A stretch of DNA of 64,000 nt from Planctomycetota bacterium (GCA_046290465.1 JBKAGP010000001.1:2592001-2656000); one strand, 5' to 3'. Counted from the stretch's first letter, positions 1-13,073 are shown. Notes: generated from the sequence alone by a model not told the origin. Program-made: numbers and translations.

Positions 1-1
1 C

Positions 2-595
2 TGGCAGCAGACCGGCGCGGATGCGACCTCGCAGGTCGCCGACCCGCAGTTCCGCGACCTCAACACCGACGACTTCCACCTGCAGGGGACGTCGCCGTGC
101 CGCGACGCGGCGACCGTCGTCGCCGGAGTCGCCGCGGATGCCGACGGCCAACCGCGGGTCGCCCCCGCAGACCTCGGTGCCGACGAGTTCAGCGCCGGCG
201 ACTACACCCTGGTCGGCGCCGGCTGCCCCGGCGTCGGCGGCGCGATCACGTCGATCGACCTGTGGAGCTGGCCGTTCCTGGGCAACCCGCAGCTGACGAT
301 CGGCTTCGAGAACGCGCCCGCCAACGCGATCGTCGGGCTGTTCGGCAGCCTCGGCCTGTCGCCGGTGCCGCTGACGATCGGCGGCGGCTGCGACGCCTAC
401 CTCGACCCGGGCAGCCTGGTCGTGCTCGCCGGTTCGTTGACCAGCAGCGTCGGGGAGACGTCGGTGTTCTTCCCCGTGCCCGCCAACGCGTCGTTCGCCG
501 GCTTCAACCTCGCCTACCAGGGGCTGGTGCTCGACGCGACCACGACGCTCGGGTTCACCGTCACCAATGCGATCGACGTGACGTTCGACTTCTGA
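2..595 (+). CDS. 5'-truncated secreted protein: choice-of-anchor-Q-like motif followed by a Cys-containing C-terminal domain
   Basis: Frame 2 is open from the window start: ...ADPQFRDLNTDDFHLQGTSPCRDAA...DADGQPRVAPADLGADEF, then GAGCPG...PFLGN...GGGCDAY...VPANASFAGFNLAYQG...TNAIDVTFDF; stop at 593-595. Confidence 0.75.
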   Translation, partial: WQQTGADATSQVADPQFRDLNTDDFHLQGTSPCRDAATVVAGVAADADGQPRVAPADLGADEFSAGDYTLVGAGCPGVGGAITSIDLWSWPFLGNPQLTIGFENAPANAIVGLFGSLGLSPVPLTIGGGCDAYLDPGSLVVLAGSLTSSVGETSVFFPVPANASFAGFNLAYQGLVLDATTTLGFTVTNAIDVTFDF

Positions 596-658
596 GCCCG
601 AATCGCCCGCTGCGCGGGTACTGACGAGACGGCCCGCGACCGCTACCGTCGCGGGCCC

Positions 659-2158
659 ATGAAGCCAGCCGTCCTGACCCTGCGCACCAAGGAGAAGAAG
701 GTGCGCTTCGAGCTGACGCCCGACGAGTTGGTCACGGTCGGCCGCAGCTCGAGCTGCCGCATCCAGCTCGCCGACGCGAGCGTGTCGCGCGAGCACTGCG
801 TCGTCATCTACACCAACGGCAAGATCTGCATCAACGATCTGCAGTCGACGCACGGCATCTCGCAGGACGGCGAACGGGTCTCGCGGGTCGAGCTGCTGCC
901 GGGTGACGAGTGCCGGCTCGGCAACGCGCTGGCGCGCTTCGAGCTCGAGGACGGCGCCCACCAGCCGAAGCCGCGCCAGGCGATCACGCCGCCGCCGGCC
1001 GCGCCACGGCCTGTCGCGGCGCCGACGCCGGACGAGCGGCGACCGGCCGACGCGGTCCGTCGCGACCGGCCGGAGCAACCGGAGATCGACGCACAGCAGG
1101 CCGAACAACCGGCGGTCGACGAACGGGCCCCGACGATGGCTTCGATCGGGGACGAGCCCGCGCGCACGATCGCCGGCTACCGCGTCTTCGAGAAGATCGG
1201 CGAGGGCGGCTTCGGCACGGTCTACCGCGCCGAGCAGACGCAGCTCGGCCGGCAGGTCGCACTGAAGATCCTCAAGAAGGGCGACGACGCCGAGCACCAG
1301 CAGCGCATCGACGCGTTCTTGCGCGAAGCGCGCATCGCGGCGCAGCTCAGCGATCCGCGGCTGGTGCAGGTCTACGACGTCGGCGAGAGCGACGGCGAGC
1401 ACTTCCTGTCGATGGAGCTGGTCGAGGGCGGCAGCCTGGCACGCCGCATCAAGCGTGAGGGCCCGCTCGACTGGCAGCAGTCGCTGCGGCTGCTGCGCGA
1501 CCTGACCCACGCGCTGAAGGCGGCGCACGACGCCGGCCTCGTGCACCGGGACGTCAAGCCGGGCAACGTGCTGCTGACCGAGAAGGGGCAGGCCAAGCTG
1601 ACCGACCTCGGCCTCGCTGCCGGCGACGCGCACGCCGGCACGATCGCGTTCATGGCGCCCGAGCAGCTGCGCCGCGAAGCGGTCGACGGCCGCGCCGACA
1701 TCTACGCGCTCGGCTGCACGATCTACGCAGCCCTGGCCGGTGCGCCGCCGTTCGGAGGCGACCGCAAGGAGATGGCCCGCGCGCAGGTCCGGCAGCCACC
1801 GCCGTCGCTGCTCGACCAGGGCGTGCAGGTCCCCTACCAGCTGCACCAGCTGATCCTGCAGTCGATGCTGGCCAAGGACCCGGCTGACCGGCCGCAGGAC
1901 GCCGAGGCGCTGCTGCGCCGGATCGACCGCCTGATCCTGCCGAGCAACGTCGCACCCGACCGGGACGAGGGCGAAGAGGACTACCCGAGCGTCGCCCCGA
2001 GCCGTTCGCCGCGGCAGCGCCGCCAGAAGGAGCTCGGCGCGCGACTCGCCGCCGAGGCCGTGATCTTCTCGATCATCGCCGCAGTCGTCATCGCCATCCT
2101 GCTCCTGCTCAAGGTCCTCTCCCCCTCCCTCGACATCTACCGCCTCATCGGCCGCTGA
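659..2158 (+). CDS. FHA-domain Hanks-type Ser/Thr protein kinase with a C-terminal TM helix
   Basis: FHA (VGRSS, VSREH, STHG); kinase motifs GEGGFGTVY, VALK, HRDVKPGN, DLG, MAPEQ, DIYALG; hydrophobic C-terminus. Confidence 0.92.
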   Translation: MKPAVLTLRTKEKKVRFELTPDELVTVGRSSSCRIQLADASVSREHCVVIYTNGKICINDLQSTHGISQDGERVSRVELLPGDECRLGNALARFELEDGAHQPKPRQAITPPPAAPRPVAAPTPDERRPADAVRRDRPEQPEIDAQQAEQPAVDERAPTMASIGDEPARTIAGYRVFEKIGEGGFGTVYRAEQTQLGRQVALKILKKGDDAEHQQRIDAFLREARIAAQLSDPRLVQVYDVGESDGEHFLSMELVEGGSLARRIKREGPLDWQQSLRLLRDLTHALKAAHDAGLVHRDVKPGNVLLTEKGQAKLTDLGLAAGDAHAGTIAFMAPEQLRREAVDGRADIYALGCTIYAALAGAPPFGGDRKEMARAQVRQPPPSLLDQGVQVPYQLHQLILQSMLAKDPADRPQDAEALLRRIDRLILPSNVAPDRDEGEEDYPSVAPSRSPRQRRQKELGARLAAEAVIFSIIAAVVIAILLLLKVLSPSLDIYRLIGR

Positions 2159-2249
2159 GTAGCGGTACGGTACCTGGTTCATCCTCCAACTTCCGCGAGC
2201 GCGAGCGCTCGCGGAAGTTGGAGGATGAACCAGGTACCGTACCGCTACT
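2158..2249. repeat. REPIN/MITE-like perfect palindrome, copy 1 (45-bp arms, 2-nt centre)
   Basis: AGTAGCGGTACGGTACCTGGTTCATCCTCCAACTTCCGCGAGCGC-GA-exact reverse complement; lies between convergent genes. Confidence 0.93.
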
Positions 2250-3435
2250 TCTCGTCGATGCAGACGTGGGACTGGCGGGCGGCGGTGGCGACGCGGTCGG
2301 CGACGGCGACGGCGACCGAACGGTCGAACGCGGCGGGCAGGATGCGCTTCGGTGCCGGCTCGCCGGCGGCCGCCGCGATCGCCTCGATCGCGGCCCACTT
2401 CATCGACGACGTGAAGCGCGTCGCCCGCGCCTCGAGCGCGCCGCGGAACAGGCCGGGGAACGCCAGCACGTTGTTGACCTGGTTGGGGAAGTCGCTGCGA
2501 CCGGTTCCGATCACGCGCGCGCCGCCGGCCTCGGCCTCCGACGGCAGGATCTCCGGCGTCGGGTTCGCCATCGCTAGCACGATCGGATCCTCGGCCATCG
2601 TGCGGATGTCCTCGGCGCGCAGCAGGTTGCCCTTGCTGACACCGATGAATGCGTGCGCCCCGCGCAGCGCGTCGCGCAGGTCGCCGCGCTCATCGTCGGG
2701 GTTGGTCCACTCGGCCAGCTCCCGCTTGTAGTCGTCCAGATCGTCGCGCCCGGGCGCGACGATGCCCTTCGAGTCGCAGATGCGGACCTTGCCGACCGGC
2801 ACGCACCGGTCGTCCTCGTCCTGGCAGCACAACAGCCGCGCGATCGCGCGGCCGGCGGCGCCGGCGCCATTGATCACGACCGACAGGTTGGGGAACGAAA
2901 CGCCGGTGATGCGCACCGCGTTCATCAGCGCGGCCAGCAGCACGATCGCGGTGCCGTGCTGGTCGTCGTGCAGCACCGGGATGCCGAGGTCCTGCAGCGC
3001 CGCCTCGATGCGGAAGCAGCGCGGCGCCGAGATGTCCTCGAGGTTGATGCCGCCGTAGGTCGGCGCGATCGCACGCACGACCTGGATGATCTCGTGCTCG
3101 TCCTGGGTGTCGAGCACGACGGGCACGGCGTCGACACCCCCGAACTCCCGGAACAGCGCGGCCTTGCCTTCCATCACCGGCAACGACGCCATGCCGCCGA
3201 GGTTGCCCAGACCGAGCACCGCCGAGCCGTCGGAGACGACCGCGACCGTGCGGCCCTTCCAGGTCAGGTCCCAGGCGTCACCCGGGTGCTCGGCGATGCG
3301 CTCACAGGGGCGCGCGACGCCGGGCGTGTAGGCGAGGCTCAGGTCCTCGATCGAGTCCAGCCGCATCCGCGAACGGACCTCGATCTTGCCGCGCTCCTCG
3401 CGATGGCGTCGGAGCGACTCCTCGAAGTAGTCCAT
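2245..3435 (-). CDS. NAD(P)-dependent malic enzyme (short form, no PTA domain)
   Basis: LAYTPGVA, SDGSAVLGLGN, VMEGKA, INLEDI, HDDQHGTA, NGAGAAG, ANPTPEI, TGRSDFPNQVNNVLAFPG. Confidence 0.95.
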   Translation of the reverse strand: MDYFEESLRRHREERGKIEVRSRMRLDSIEDLSLAYTPGVARPCERIAEHPGDAWDLTWKGRTVAVVSDGSAVLGLGNLGGMASLPVMEGKAALFREFGGVDAVPVVLDTQDEHEIIQVVRAIAPTYGGINLEDISAPRCFRIEAALQDLGIPVLHDDQHGTAIVLLAALMNAVRITGVSFPNLSVVINGAGAAGRAIARLLCCQDEDDRCVPVGKVRICDSKGIVAPGRDDLDDYKRELAEWTNPDDERGDLRDALRGAHAFIGVSKGNLLRAEDIRTMAEDPIVLAMANPTPEILPSEAEAGGARVIGTGRSDFPNQVNNVLAFPGLFRGALEARATRFTSSMKWAAIEAIAAAAGEPAPKRILPAAFDRSVAVAVADRVATAARQSHVCIDEK

Positions 3436-3523
3436 CGACGCAATCTACCGCTCGGCCCCCATTGCCGGCTAGCATGGGGCGGGATCGCGCCGCCACGCGA
3501 CTCGTCTCCAAGCCCTCCCCTCA

Positions 3524-4138
3524 TTGAGCACGACGCAACGAGAGTACTATGCCGGTCTCGAACGGGCCGGCGCTGCGCTCACTGCCAGCGGTGCGTCGCC
3601 GACGCAGCGCGCCGAGGCCGTGCACGCGACCATCGCGACCACCCCCGATCAGGCCGCCTGCCGGGCCGGCTGCGCGCACTGCTGCCACTTCCCGGTCGGC
3701 GTGCGGTTCGCGGAAGCGCTGCGCCTGGCTGCCGCGATCGGCGACGATCCTGGTCTTCGTGAGCGTCTGCTCGCCGACGCCGACGCGACCCGGGGAGCCG
3801 GCTGGCACCAGCTGGCTGGCCGGCCTTGTCCCCTGCTGCGCGACGACGCCTGTCGCCGCTACGACGCGCGGCCGACGCCGTGCCGTGCGCTCGCGAGCTT
3901 CGACGCCGAGGCCTGCGAACGTTCCCTGCAGGAACCGACCGTGGTGCCGCGCGACGAGGCCTCCTGGTGGCGCGGGCTCGGCGCGGCAGCCGCGCTCGAC
4001 GACGACCTCGGCCCGCGCGAGCTGCGATCGGCCGTGGCGGCGGTGCTGGCACTCGACCGCGACGCGACGCGCGACGAACTGGTTGCCGCCTTCGCCCGCG
4101 CTCGGGCCGTGCCCGGCAACGGTGACCCCGCTCCGTAA
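3524..4138 (+). CDS. YkgJ-family cysteine-cluster (CxxGCxxCC) protein
   Basis: ACRAGCAHCC...CPLLRDDACRRYDARPTPCR; TTG start is uncertain. Confidence 0.8.
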   Translation: MSTTQREYYAGLERAGAALTASGASPTQRAEAVHATIATTPDQAACRAGCAHCCHFPVGVRFAEALRLAAAIGDDPGLRERLLADADATRGAGWHQLAGRPCPLLRDDACRRYDARPTPCRALASFDAEACERSLQEPTVVPRDEASWWRGLGAAAALDDDLGPRELRSAVAAVLALDRDATRDELVAAFARARAVPGNGDPAP

Positions 4139-4556
4139 ACGGGATCGGATGCTGGCCCGGACGGGATCGGACCAGACCGGACCGAAAATCCGACCTCGTC
4201 GCACTTCGAGGCGGAAAAGTCGCAAGCAAATCGCACCCCCAAGTCGGTAGAAACACCCGCGCTATTTCCGTCGCGGCGCATCAAAGCCGCCAGGCACTGC
4301 GAGGGCTCAAAAAGCCGATGGTGAGGCAGCTTTGGTGCATCCAGGGCCGATTCCGGCCAGTCGAGACACCGCGCCAGCGGGGCGCCGACCACGCGCCCGA
4401 TTGCGGTAGACCGTTGCCAGCTACACGTTTGGCTCAAGTTCGACAGAACATCGAGCGCCTCGACATACGTCTCAGGTGGTGTAGCGTGTTCTCGGCGATT
4501 CTCCACACAAGTCAGATCGCCACAGACTCTCTGATTCGTTTCCCAACCAAGGACCC

Positions 4557-6146
4557 ATGCAGATGCGTTTCCTTCCCATTCTCCTCGCCACGGCCGCCGT
4601 GGCGACGGCCCAAAGCCCTCTCACCACGACGTTCGCTGGCGGTAACGGCCAGTCGGGCAACGTTTTCGATCTCGTTGCGACCAACGCGGCCGGCGTCACG
4701 GTCCGCTCCGTTGAATGCAACCTCGCGGCGGGCACCCACGACCTCGAGGTCTACACGCTGACCATTCCTGGTCCGTACGCCCCGTCGGTCAACACCGCCG
4801 CTGACTGGACCCTGAAGGGCTCGGCCACGGGTGTCGTCAGCAACGGCAACGGTGTCGCCACGCAGGTCCCGCTCTGCATCGAGGAGTTCATCCCGGCCGG
4901 CGCCACGCAGGCCTTCTGTGTCGTCATCAGCAGTGGCGGCATCATGAACTACACGAACGGCACCACCACGGGCGCCCTGTTCGCGTCGAACGCGGACCTC
5001 GAGTTCTACGAAGGCGACGGCTCGGTCTACCCGTTCGCCGGCAACTTCACCCCGCGCGTCTGGAACGGCAACATCTACTACGACATCGGTGACACCACCG
5101 GCACCGGCTGCACGTTCGCGGACGTCGTCGAGTACGGCGCTGGCTGTGGCGGCGCCGGCTTCGCCTCGTTCTACGAGCAGCTCGCCTCGGACCCGGCCGC
5201 TGCGAACGGCATGGACCTCGACGGTGTGCGCATCGAAGGCCTGAACACGGGTTCTGGCTACCTGGTCCAGGCGTTCGCTGGTGCGGGCGGCATCGCCCCC
5301 GGCGGCAGCGCCGTGGTCGTCCCGGCCGGTGACGACGACTCGGTCGACACGTCGACGATCGGCGGCACGCTCGGCATCTGGGTCGGCTCGAACTGCAACA
5401 TCTCGCTGGGCGGCACCAACGGTGGCGGCTTTACGCCGGACGTCGCGACGATGCTGAACAACGCCAACGCGGGCCTCTACGCCTGGACCGACTTCCACTC
5501 GGCCAGCGGCGGCGGCGCCGGCGACATCTGGTACGAAGAGAGCGGCACGGTCGCGACCGTGACCTACCTCGCCGTCTCGGGCTGGAACACCGGCCTGCCG
5601 AACACGGTCCAGTTCATCTGGGACACCGCCACGGGCAACTTCTCGATCGAGTTCGAGGCCCTCAACACGACCAACCCGGAAGACTGGCTCGTCGGCTACT
5701 CGCCGGCCGGTGCCAACCTCGACCCGGGTGCCTCGGACCTGAGCGCCCTCACCGGCGGCAACGTCCTGCTGACCGCGGTTTCGGACTCGTCGTCGCTGGC
5801 TCTGTCGGCCAACCGTCCGGTCCTCGGCTCGAACTGGGACCTGACCACGGACTTCATCGACCCGATCTCGCCGGTCGCGATCACCTTCTTCGGTGACCGC
5901 TCGCCCGTCGCCGTGCCGTTCACGGCCATCGGCATCAACGCCCCGGGCTGTGACATCAACCTCGCCTCGGCCATCACGTCGCTCTCCGGCCTCTCGGCTG
6001 GTGGCACGGCCACGGTCACGGTTGCCCTGCCGAACAACCCGGCCCTCGCCGGCGCCCTGCTGAGCGCGCAGTCGCTCTGCCTGACGCTGCAGAACTCGGC
6101 GAACCTGCTGTCGTCGAACGGCGTCGAAGGCCTGCTCGGCAACTGA
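4557..6146 (+). CDS. Secreted beta-rich, acidic protein with the conserved Cys-containing C-terminal domain
   Basis: Signal peptide (MRFLPILLATAAVATAQ), Gly/Thr/Asn rich, YGAGC motif, ends ...LPNNPALAGALLSAQ...SSNGVEGLLGN; paralogous to 18216-19961. Confidence 0.88.
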   Translation: MQMRFLPILLATAAVATAQSPLTTTFAGGNGQSGNVFDLVATNAAGVTVRSVECNLAAGTHDLEVYTLTIPGPYAPSVNTAADWTLKGSATGVVSNGNGVATQVPLCIEEFIPAGATQAFCVVISSGGIMNYTNGTTTGALFASNADLEFYEGDGSVYPFAGNFTPRVWNGNIYYDIGDTTGTGCTFADVVEYGAGCGGAGFASFYEQLASDPAAANGMDLDGVRIEGLNTGSGYLVQAFAGAGGIAPGGSAVVVPAGDDDSVDTSTIGGTLGIWVGSNCNISLGGTNGGGFTPDVATMLNNANAGLYAWTDFHSASGGGAGDIWYEESGTVATVTYLAVSGWNTGLPNTVQFIWDTATGNFSIEFEALNTTNPEDWLVGYSPAGANLDPGASDLSALTGGNVLLTAVSDSSSLALSANRPVLGSNWDLTTDFIDPISPVAITFFGDRSPVAVPFTAIGINAPGCDINLASAITSLSGLSAGGTATVTVALPNNPALAGALLSAQSLCLTLQNSANLLSSNGVEGLLGN

Positions 6147-6192
6147 TCTCCGGATCAGACTGCTGCTCGCCCTCTCGCGAGGGTGAGCGCGG

Positions 6193-6233
6193 ACGGCCTC
6201 CGTCAGCGCTGCTGACGGGGGCCGTTTGCGTTT
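6193..6233 (+). terminator. Probable intrinsic terminator
   Basis: ACGGCCTCCGTCAGC-GCT-GCTGACGGGGGCCGT hairpin followed by TTGCGTTT; a second small hairpin at about 6165-6188. Confidence 0.65.
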
Positions 6234-6331
6234 CGGGCCCCTGCCATCGCCCGGACGCCGCCGCGCATGTGAATCGCACGGGGCCCGGCGTGTTGCTGGT
6301 CGGCGCTGCGGGCTAGATTGCACCCGCCGCA

Positions 6332-8473
<2,142 letters not shown>

Positions 8474-8490
8474 GTCAGGCGTTCGCGCCG

Positions 8491-10920
8491 TCAGTCGACC
8501 GCCGGCAACCACCGCGCCGTCGCCGCCTGCAGCGCCTGCTTGGTGAACGGCTTGCTGACGAAGTCGTCCATGCCGGCGGCCAGGCACGCCTCGCGATCCT
8601 CCGGCAGCGCGTTGGCGGTCAACGCGACGATCGGCAGGCGCCGGCCGCTGCCGGTCTCCCGTTCGCGGATGCGCCGGGTTGCCTCGAAGCCGTCCATGCC
8701 GGGCATCAGGCAGTCCATCAGCACCAGATCGAACGGCTGGCTCTCGACCATCTCGATCGCCGACTCGCCGTCGATCGCGACCGCGACCTCGAGACCGAAC
8801 GTCTCGAGCACGCGCACGGCCAGGCGCAGGTTGAGCCGGTTGTCCTCGACGACGAGCACGCGGCGGCCCTGCATCGCATCGAGGCCGACCACCGTGTCCG
8901 CGGGATCGTCGACCTCATCGTGTTCGGTGCGCGCCGCGGCGGCCGGCAGCTCGAACCAGAACGTCGAGCCGACGCCGGGTTCGCTCTCGACGCCGATGCG
9001 GCCGCCCATCGCCTCGATCAGCTGCTTGCTGATCGCGAGCCCGAGACCGGTGCCGCCGAACTTGCGCCGCGCCGACGAGTCGACCTGCACGAAGTCGTCG
9101 AACAGCCGCGGCAGCTGATCCGCCGGGATGCCGATGCCGGTGTCACGCACCTCGCAGCGCACCAGGTCGCCGCGCTGCGACAGCGCGATCGTGACCGCGC
9201 CACCGACCGTGAACTTGACCGCGTTGCCGGCCAGGTTGACCAACACCTGATGGGTGCGCTGCGGGTCGGCCGCCACCTGCAGCGACGCATCGCCCTCGAC
9301 CTCGACCACCAGCCCCTTGTTGCTCGCCAACGGCTGCATCATGCGGGCGACCTCGGTCGCGACGCGATGCACGTCGAACGGCAGGCGCTCGAGCACCATC
9401 TTGCCGGCCTCGACCTTGGAGAAGTCGAGGATGTCGTCGATCAGCCGCAGCAGCGAGTTGCCCGAACTGGAGATGATCTCGACGCACTCGCGCTGCTCGA
9501 CGTCGAGCTGCGAGTCGCCCAGCATGTCGGTGTAGCCGAGCACCGTGTGCATCGGCGTGCGGATCTCGTGACTCATCGCCGCCAGGAACGCGCTCTTGGC
9601 CTCGCTGGCAGCCTCGGCCGCCTCCTTGGCGTGCAGCAGCTCCTCGTCCATCCGGCGCTGGGCCGAGATGTCCTGGATCGCACCGAGCACGCGCACCGCG
9701 CGTCCCTTGACGAACACGGCGCCGCCGGTCACGCGCACCCAGAGCCGACGTCCGCGGACGGTCACCAGTTCGAGGTCCAGCGAGTAGGCACGACCGCGGG
9801 CGACCGCGTCCTCGAGCGCGGCGCGCAGACGCGGCCGGCCTTCCGGCGCGTAGAACTCGATCGCCTCGTCGACGTTCGGCTGGAACCGGCTCGGCGAGGT
9901 CTCGTGGATCCGGTAGGTCTCGGCGGTCCAGAACAGTTCGTCGGTCAGGAGGTCGAGTTCCCAGCCGCCGACCCGCGCCAGCGCCTGCGACTCCGCCAAC
10001 AGGCGCGAGGCCCGCTGCAGCGCCTCCCGCGAGGTGCGATGCTCGTGGATGTCGACGATCGAACCGACCAGACGTCGGCCGCCGTCGGTGCCGCTCGCCG
10101 CCACGGCCCGGGCCCGGAACCACCGCCAGCCGTCCTCGGCGATCCGGCAGCGGAACTCGTGCTCGAACGGCTCGCCGCAGCGCATGCGCTGCACGACGGC
10201 GCGTCGGATCCCGCGGCGATCCTCGGGGTGCACGATCGGCCAGATCCCCGCCAGCGGCACCGCGCCGGTCGCGTTCGACAGGCCGAGCATCGCGAACACG
10301 CGCGGCGACAGGAACAGCGATCGCATGCCGAGGTCGAGGTCCCAGATGCCCTCGCTCGAAGCCTCGACGACGAGGTCGAGCCGTTCGGTCGCCTGCTCCA
10401 GACGAACGCGGGTCTCGTCCTGGCTGCGGATCCTGCGACGCAGCTCCAGGTGGTTCTGGACCTGCCGCGCCATCGCCGCCAGCGTCTCGAGCTGCGCCGA
10501 GGTCAGCTGCCGCGGCCGGGTGTCGAGCACCGCGACCGCCCCCACCGTCTGCCCGTCCGGCATGACGATCGGCGCACCGGCGTAGAAGCGCACGTGCGGC
10601 GCCCCGACGACCATCGCGTGCTCGCGGAACCGCTCGTCCTGCAGGGTGTCCTCGACGATCAGTTCGCCGCGGTCGGCGACCGCCTGCGCGCAGAAGCCGT
10701 TCTCTCGCGGCAGTTCGGCGCAGTCGACACCGACCGCCGACTTGAACCACTGGCGATGCTCGTCGACCAGCGTGACGACCGCCATCGGCACGTCGCAGGT
10801 CAGGCTCAACAGCCGGGTGACGTCGTCGTAGACGGCCTCCGGCCCGGTGTCGAGTACGTCGCAGCTGCGCAGCGTTCGCAACCGCGCGTCTTCGTCAGGA
10901 GGTCTCGTCACGGTTTCCAT
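8491..10920 (-). CDS. Cytoplasmic hybrid sensor kinase (GAF-PAS-PAS-HisKA-HATPase-REC)
   Basis: GAF ([14 protein letters not shown]), two PAS/PAC (GIWDLD, GGWELD), SHEIRTP, NAVKFT, DTGIG, GTGLGL, receiver [11 protein letters not shown]; start at ATG 10920 or GTG 10932. Confidence 0.93.
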   Translation of the reverse strand: METVTRPPDEDARLRTLRSCDVLDTGPEAVYDDVTRLLSLTCDVPMAVVTLVDEHRQWFKSAVGVDCAELPRENGFCAQAVADRGELIVEDTLQDERFREHAMVVGAPHVRFYAGAPIVMPDGQTVGAVAVLDTRPRQLTSAQLETLAAMARQVQNHLELRRRIRSQDETRVRLEQATERLDLVVEASSEGIWDLDLGMRSLFLSPRVFAMLGLSNATGAVPLAGIWPIVHPEDRRGIRRAVVQRMRCGEPFEHEFRCRIAEDGWRWFRARAVAASGTDGGRRLVGSIVDIHEHRTSREALQRASRLLAESQALARVGGWELDLLTDELFWTAETYRIHETSPSRFQPNVDEAIEFYAPEGRPRLRAALEDAVARGRAYSLDLELVTVRGRRLWVRVTGGAVFVKGRAVRVLGAIQDISAQRRMDEELLHAKEAAEAASEAKSAFLAAMSHEIRTPMHTVLGYTDMLGDSQLDVEQRECVEIISSSGNSLLRLIDDILDFSKVEAGKMVLERLPFDVHRVATEVARMMQPLASNKGLVVEVEGDASLQVAADPQRTHQVLVNLAGNAVKFTVGGAVTIALSQRGDLVRCEVRDTGIGIPADQLPRLFDDFVQVDSSARRKFGGTGLGLAISKQLIEAMGGRIGVESEPGVGSTFWFELPAAAARTEHDEVDDPADTVVGLDAMQGRRVLVVEDNRLNLRLAVRVLETFGLEVAVAIDGESAIEMVESQPFDLVLMDCLMPGMDGFEATRRIRERETGSGRRLPIVALTANALPEDREACLAAGMDDFVSKPFTKQALQAATARWLPAVD

Positions 10921-10994
10921 CAGGAACTCCACGCATCATCGACCGACCTGGGCCGACCTCCTGACAGGGGTTTCCCCAGGTCGATGCGAACGCG

Positions 10995-11879
10995 CTATCG
11001 CCCCGGCTGCGCCGCCGTTGCCGCGCTCGCCCCCGGGGCGATCGCCGCCAGGCGCTCGCGGGCCTGCCGGTGGCCCTGGGCGGCGGCGAGTTGCAGCAGT
11101 TGCCGGGCACGGGCACGGTCCTCGCCGACGCCGATGCCGCGCGCGTAGAGCAGGCCGAGGTCGTGTTGCGACGGCGCGTAGCCCTGCGCCGCAGCCTGCT
11201 CGAGCCAGTGAACGGCCCGCTCGACGTCCTGCTCGACGCCGTGGCCGCGCAGGTGCTGCATGCCGAGCCGGTGCTGCGACATCGCGTCGCCGCCGCGCGC
11301 AGCGTCACGGTAATAGCGCGCCGCGCGGACCGGGTCCGCCGTGACCCCGACGCCGTCGTGGTAGATCGTCGCGAGCAGCTTGAGCGCCGGCACGTGGCCG
11401 TTGCGGGCGGCCCGGCGCAGCATGCGGGTCGCCAGCCGCACATCGGGCTCGCGGTCGTCGCCGTAGAGGCAGACGATCGCGAAGTTGACCTGGCCCTGCG
11501 CGAAGCCGCTGTCGGCCGAACGTTCGAGCAGCGTGCGCGCGGTCGCATGGCTGCGTTCGACGCCCCGACCGTGGAAGTGCATCAGGCCCAGGTTGTTGAG
11601 CGCTGCCGGATGCTCCTGACGCGCGGCCGCCTCGTACCAGCGCCGCGCCGCGACCAGGTCCTCGGCGACGCCGTTGCCGGTCTCGTACGAGAGCGCGGTC
11701 AAGAACTGTGCCGTCGCGTCGCCGCTCGCGGCCACCTGCTCGACCTCGGCGACCGACAGCCTGCCCTCGGCGAACTCCAGCGCCAGCCGCGAGGCGTGCC
11801 GGCCGCCGACGGTGCAACCCGCGAGGCACGCCAGCGCCAGCAGCAGGCCCGAACCCTTCTCCAACTTCGCTCGCTTCAT
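10995..11879 (-). CDS. Sel1-repeat (lipo)protein
   Basis: Lipobox LAGC; repeated AQxxLGxxYxxGxGVxxD units; start taken at MKRAK. Confidence 0.88.
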   Translation of the reverse strand: MKRAKLEKGSGLLLALACLAGCTVGGRHASRLALEFAEGRLSVAEVEQVAASGDATAQFLTALSYETGNGVAEDLVAARRWYEAAARQEHPAALNNLGLMHFHGRGVERSHATARTLLERSADSGFAQGQVNFAIVCLYGDDREPDVRLATRMLRRAARNGHVPALKLLATIYHDGVGVTADPVRAARYYRDAARGGDAMSQHRLGMQHLRGHGVEQDVERAVHWLEQAAAQGYAPSQHDLGLLYARGIGVGEDRARARQLLQLAAAQGHRQARERLAAIAPGASAATAAQPGR

Positions 11880-12098
11880 GCGATCCGTATCGGGGGGCCA
11901 GATCGTGAAGGTTGACGACATCTCCGTTAAGAACGAGACATCCAGATGAAGGCGCCTTCACATTCGACCGCGGCGGCGACCGCCACCGGCTCGGGACGAC
12001 GTCGGCCAAGGCTCGACGGCAACGCACGTTGCGCGTCGCGTACGCGCGCCGCAGCGGATCCCGTGGCGCGTTCTTCGACAACTTCCTAGGGTGGCACC

Positions 12099-13073
12099 GT
12101 GGCAGATTCCGACGATCTGGCGGCAGCGATCCGCGCCGGCGACCGCAGCGCCCTGGCGCGCGGCATCACCCTCGTGGAGAGTCGGCGTGCGGCCGACCTG
12201 CCGGCCGCCGAAGCGCTGCTCGCGGCGCTGCTGCCGCACAGCGGCGGCGCGATCCGCGTCGGCATCACCGGGGCGCCGGGAGTCGGCAAGAGCACGCTGA
12301 TCGAACGGCTGGGCCTGCAGCTCTGCGATGCCGGTCGTCGCGTCGCGGTGCTCGCCGTCGACCCCAGTTCGACGGTCACCGGCGGCTCGATCCTCGGCGA
12401 CAAGACCCGCATGGACGGGCTGAGCCGGCACCCACGCGCGTTCATCCGGCCGTCGCCGGGCGGCGGCACGCTCGGTGGAGTCACCAACCGCACGCAGGAA
12501 GCGATGCTGGTCTGCGAGGCGTCGGGCCACGACATCGTGCTGGTCGAGACGATCGGCACCGGCCAGTCGGAGGTCGCCGTGCACGGCATGGTCGACTTCT
12601 TCCTGGTGCTGCTGTCGCCGGCCGCCGGCGACGAACTGCAGGGCATCAAGCGCGGCGTCATGGAGCTCGCCGACGGCGTGCTGGTGCACAAGGCCGACGG
12701 CGACCTGCTGCCGGCTGCCAACCGGACCGCGCAGCAGTGCCTGCTGGCGATGCGGGTGCTGCACGCCGGCGACCGCGCGCCGCCGGCCGTGGTCGTCGGC
12801 TCGTCGAAGACCGGCGACGGCCTCGCGCCGCTGTGGAGTTCGATCGAGCGCTACGTCGAGGCACGCCGCGCCGACGGCACGTTCGAGGCACGCCGCCGCG
12901 ACCAGGCGATCGAGTGGCTCGAGCGCACCGTGCGCGACGCGCTGCTGGCGGACTTCCTGAGCGCTCCGTCGATCGTCACCGAGCTCGAGCAGGCCCGCCG
13001 GCGCGTCGCCGACGGCGAGCAGGTGCCGACCGCCGCCGCGCGCGACCTGCTGCGCCGCTCGCGTCAGCGCTGA
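12099..13073 (+). CDS. meaB: Methylmalonyl-CoA mutase-associated GTPase MeaB/ArgK
   Basis: GITGAPGVGKST, AVDPSS, GGSILGDKTRM, VETIGTGQSE, GDELQGIKRG. Confidence 0.95.
   Translation: MADSDDLAAAIRAGDRSALARGITLVESRRAADLPAAEALLAALLPHSGGAIRVGITGAPGVGKSTLIERLGLQLCDAGRRVAVLAVDPSSTVTGGSILGDKTRMDGLSRHPRAFIRPSPGGGTLGGVTNRTQEAMLVCEASGHDIVLVETIGTGQSEVAVHGMVDFFLVLLSPAAGDELQGIKRGVMELADGVLVHKADGDLLPAANRTAQQCLLAMRVLHAGDRAPPAVVVGSSKTGDGLAPLWSSIERYVEARRADGTFEARRRDQAIEWLERTVRDALLADFLSAPSIVTELEQARRRVADGEQVPTAAARDLLRRSRQR

Noticed and set aside
2218..2577. ORFs starting MEDEP (also at 43620 + and 43591 -)
   Set aside because: The shared N-termini are translations of the palindromic repeat, not a protein family
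6147..6331. Cobalamin riboswitch upstream of the mutase
   Set aside because: No B12-box consensus recognisable; the hairpins fit a terminator of the upstream gene
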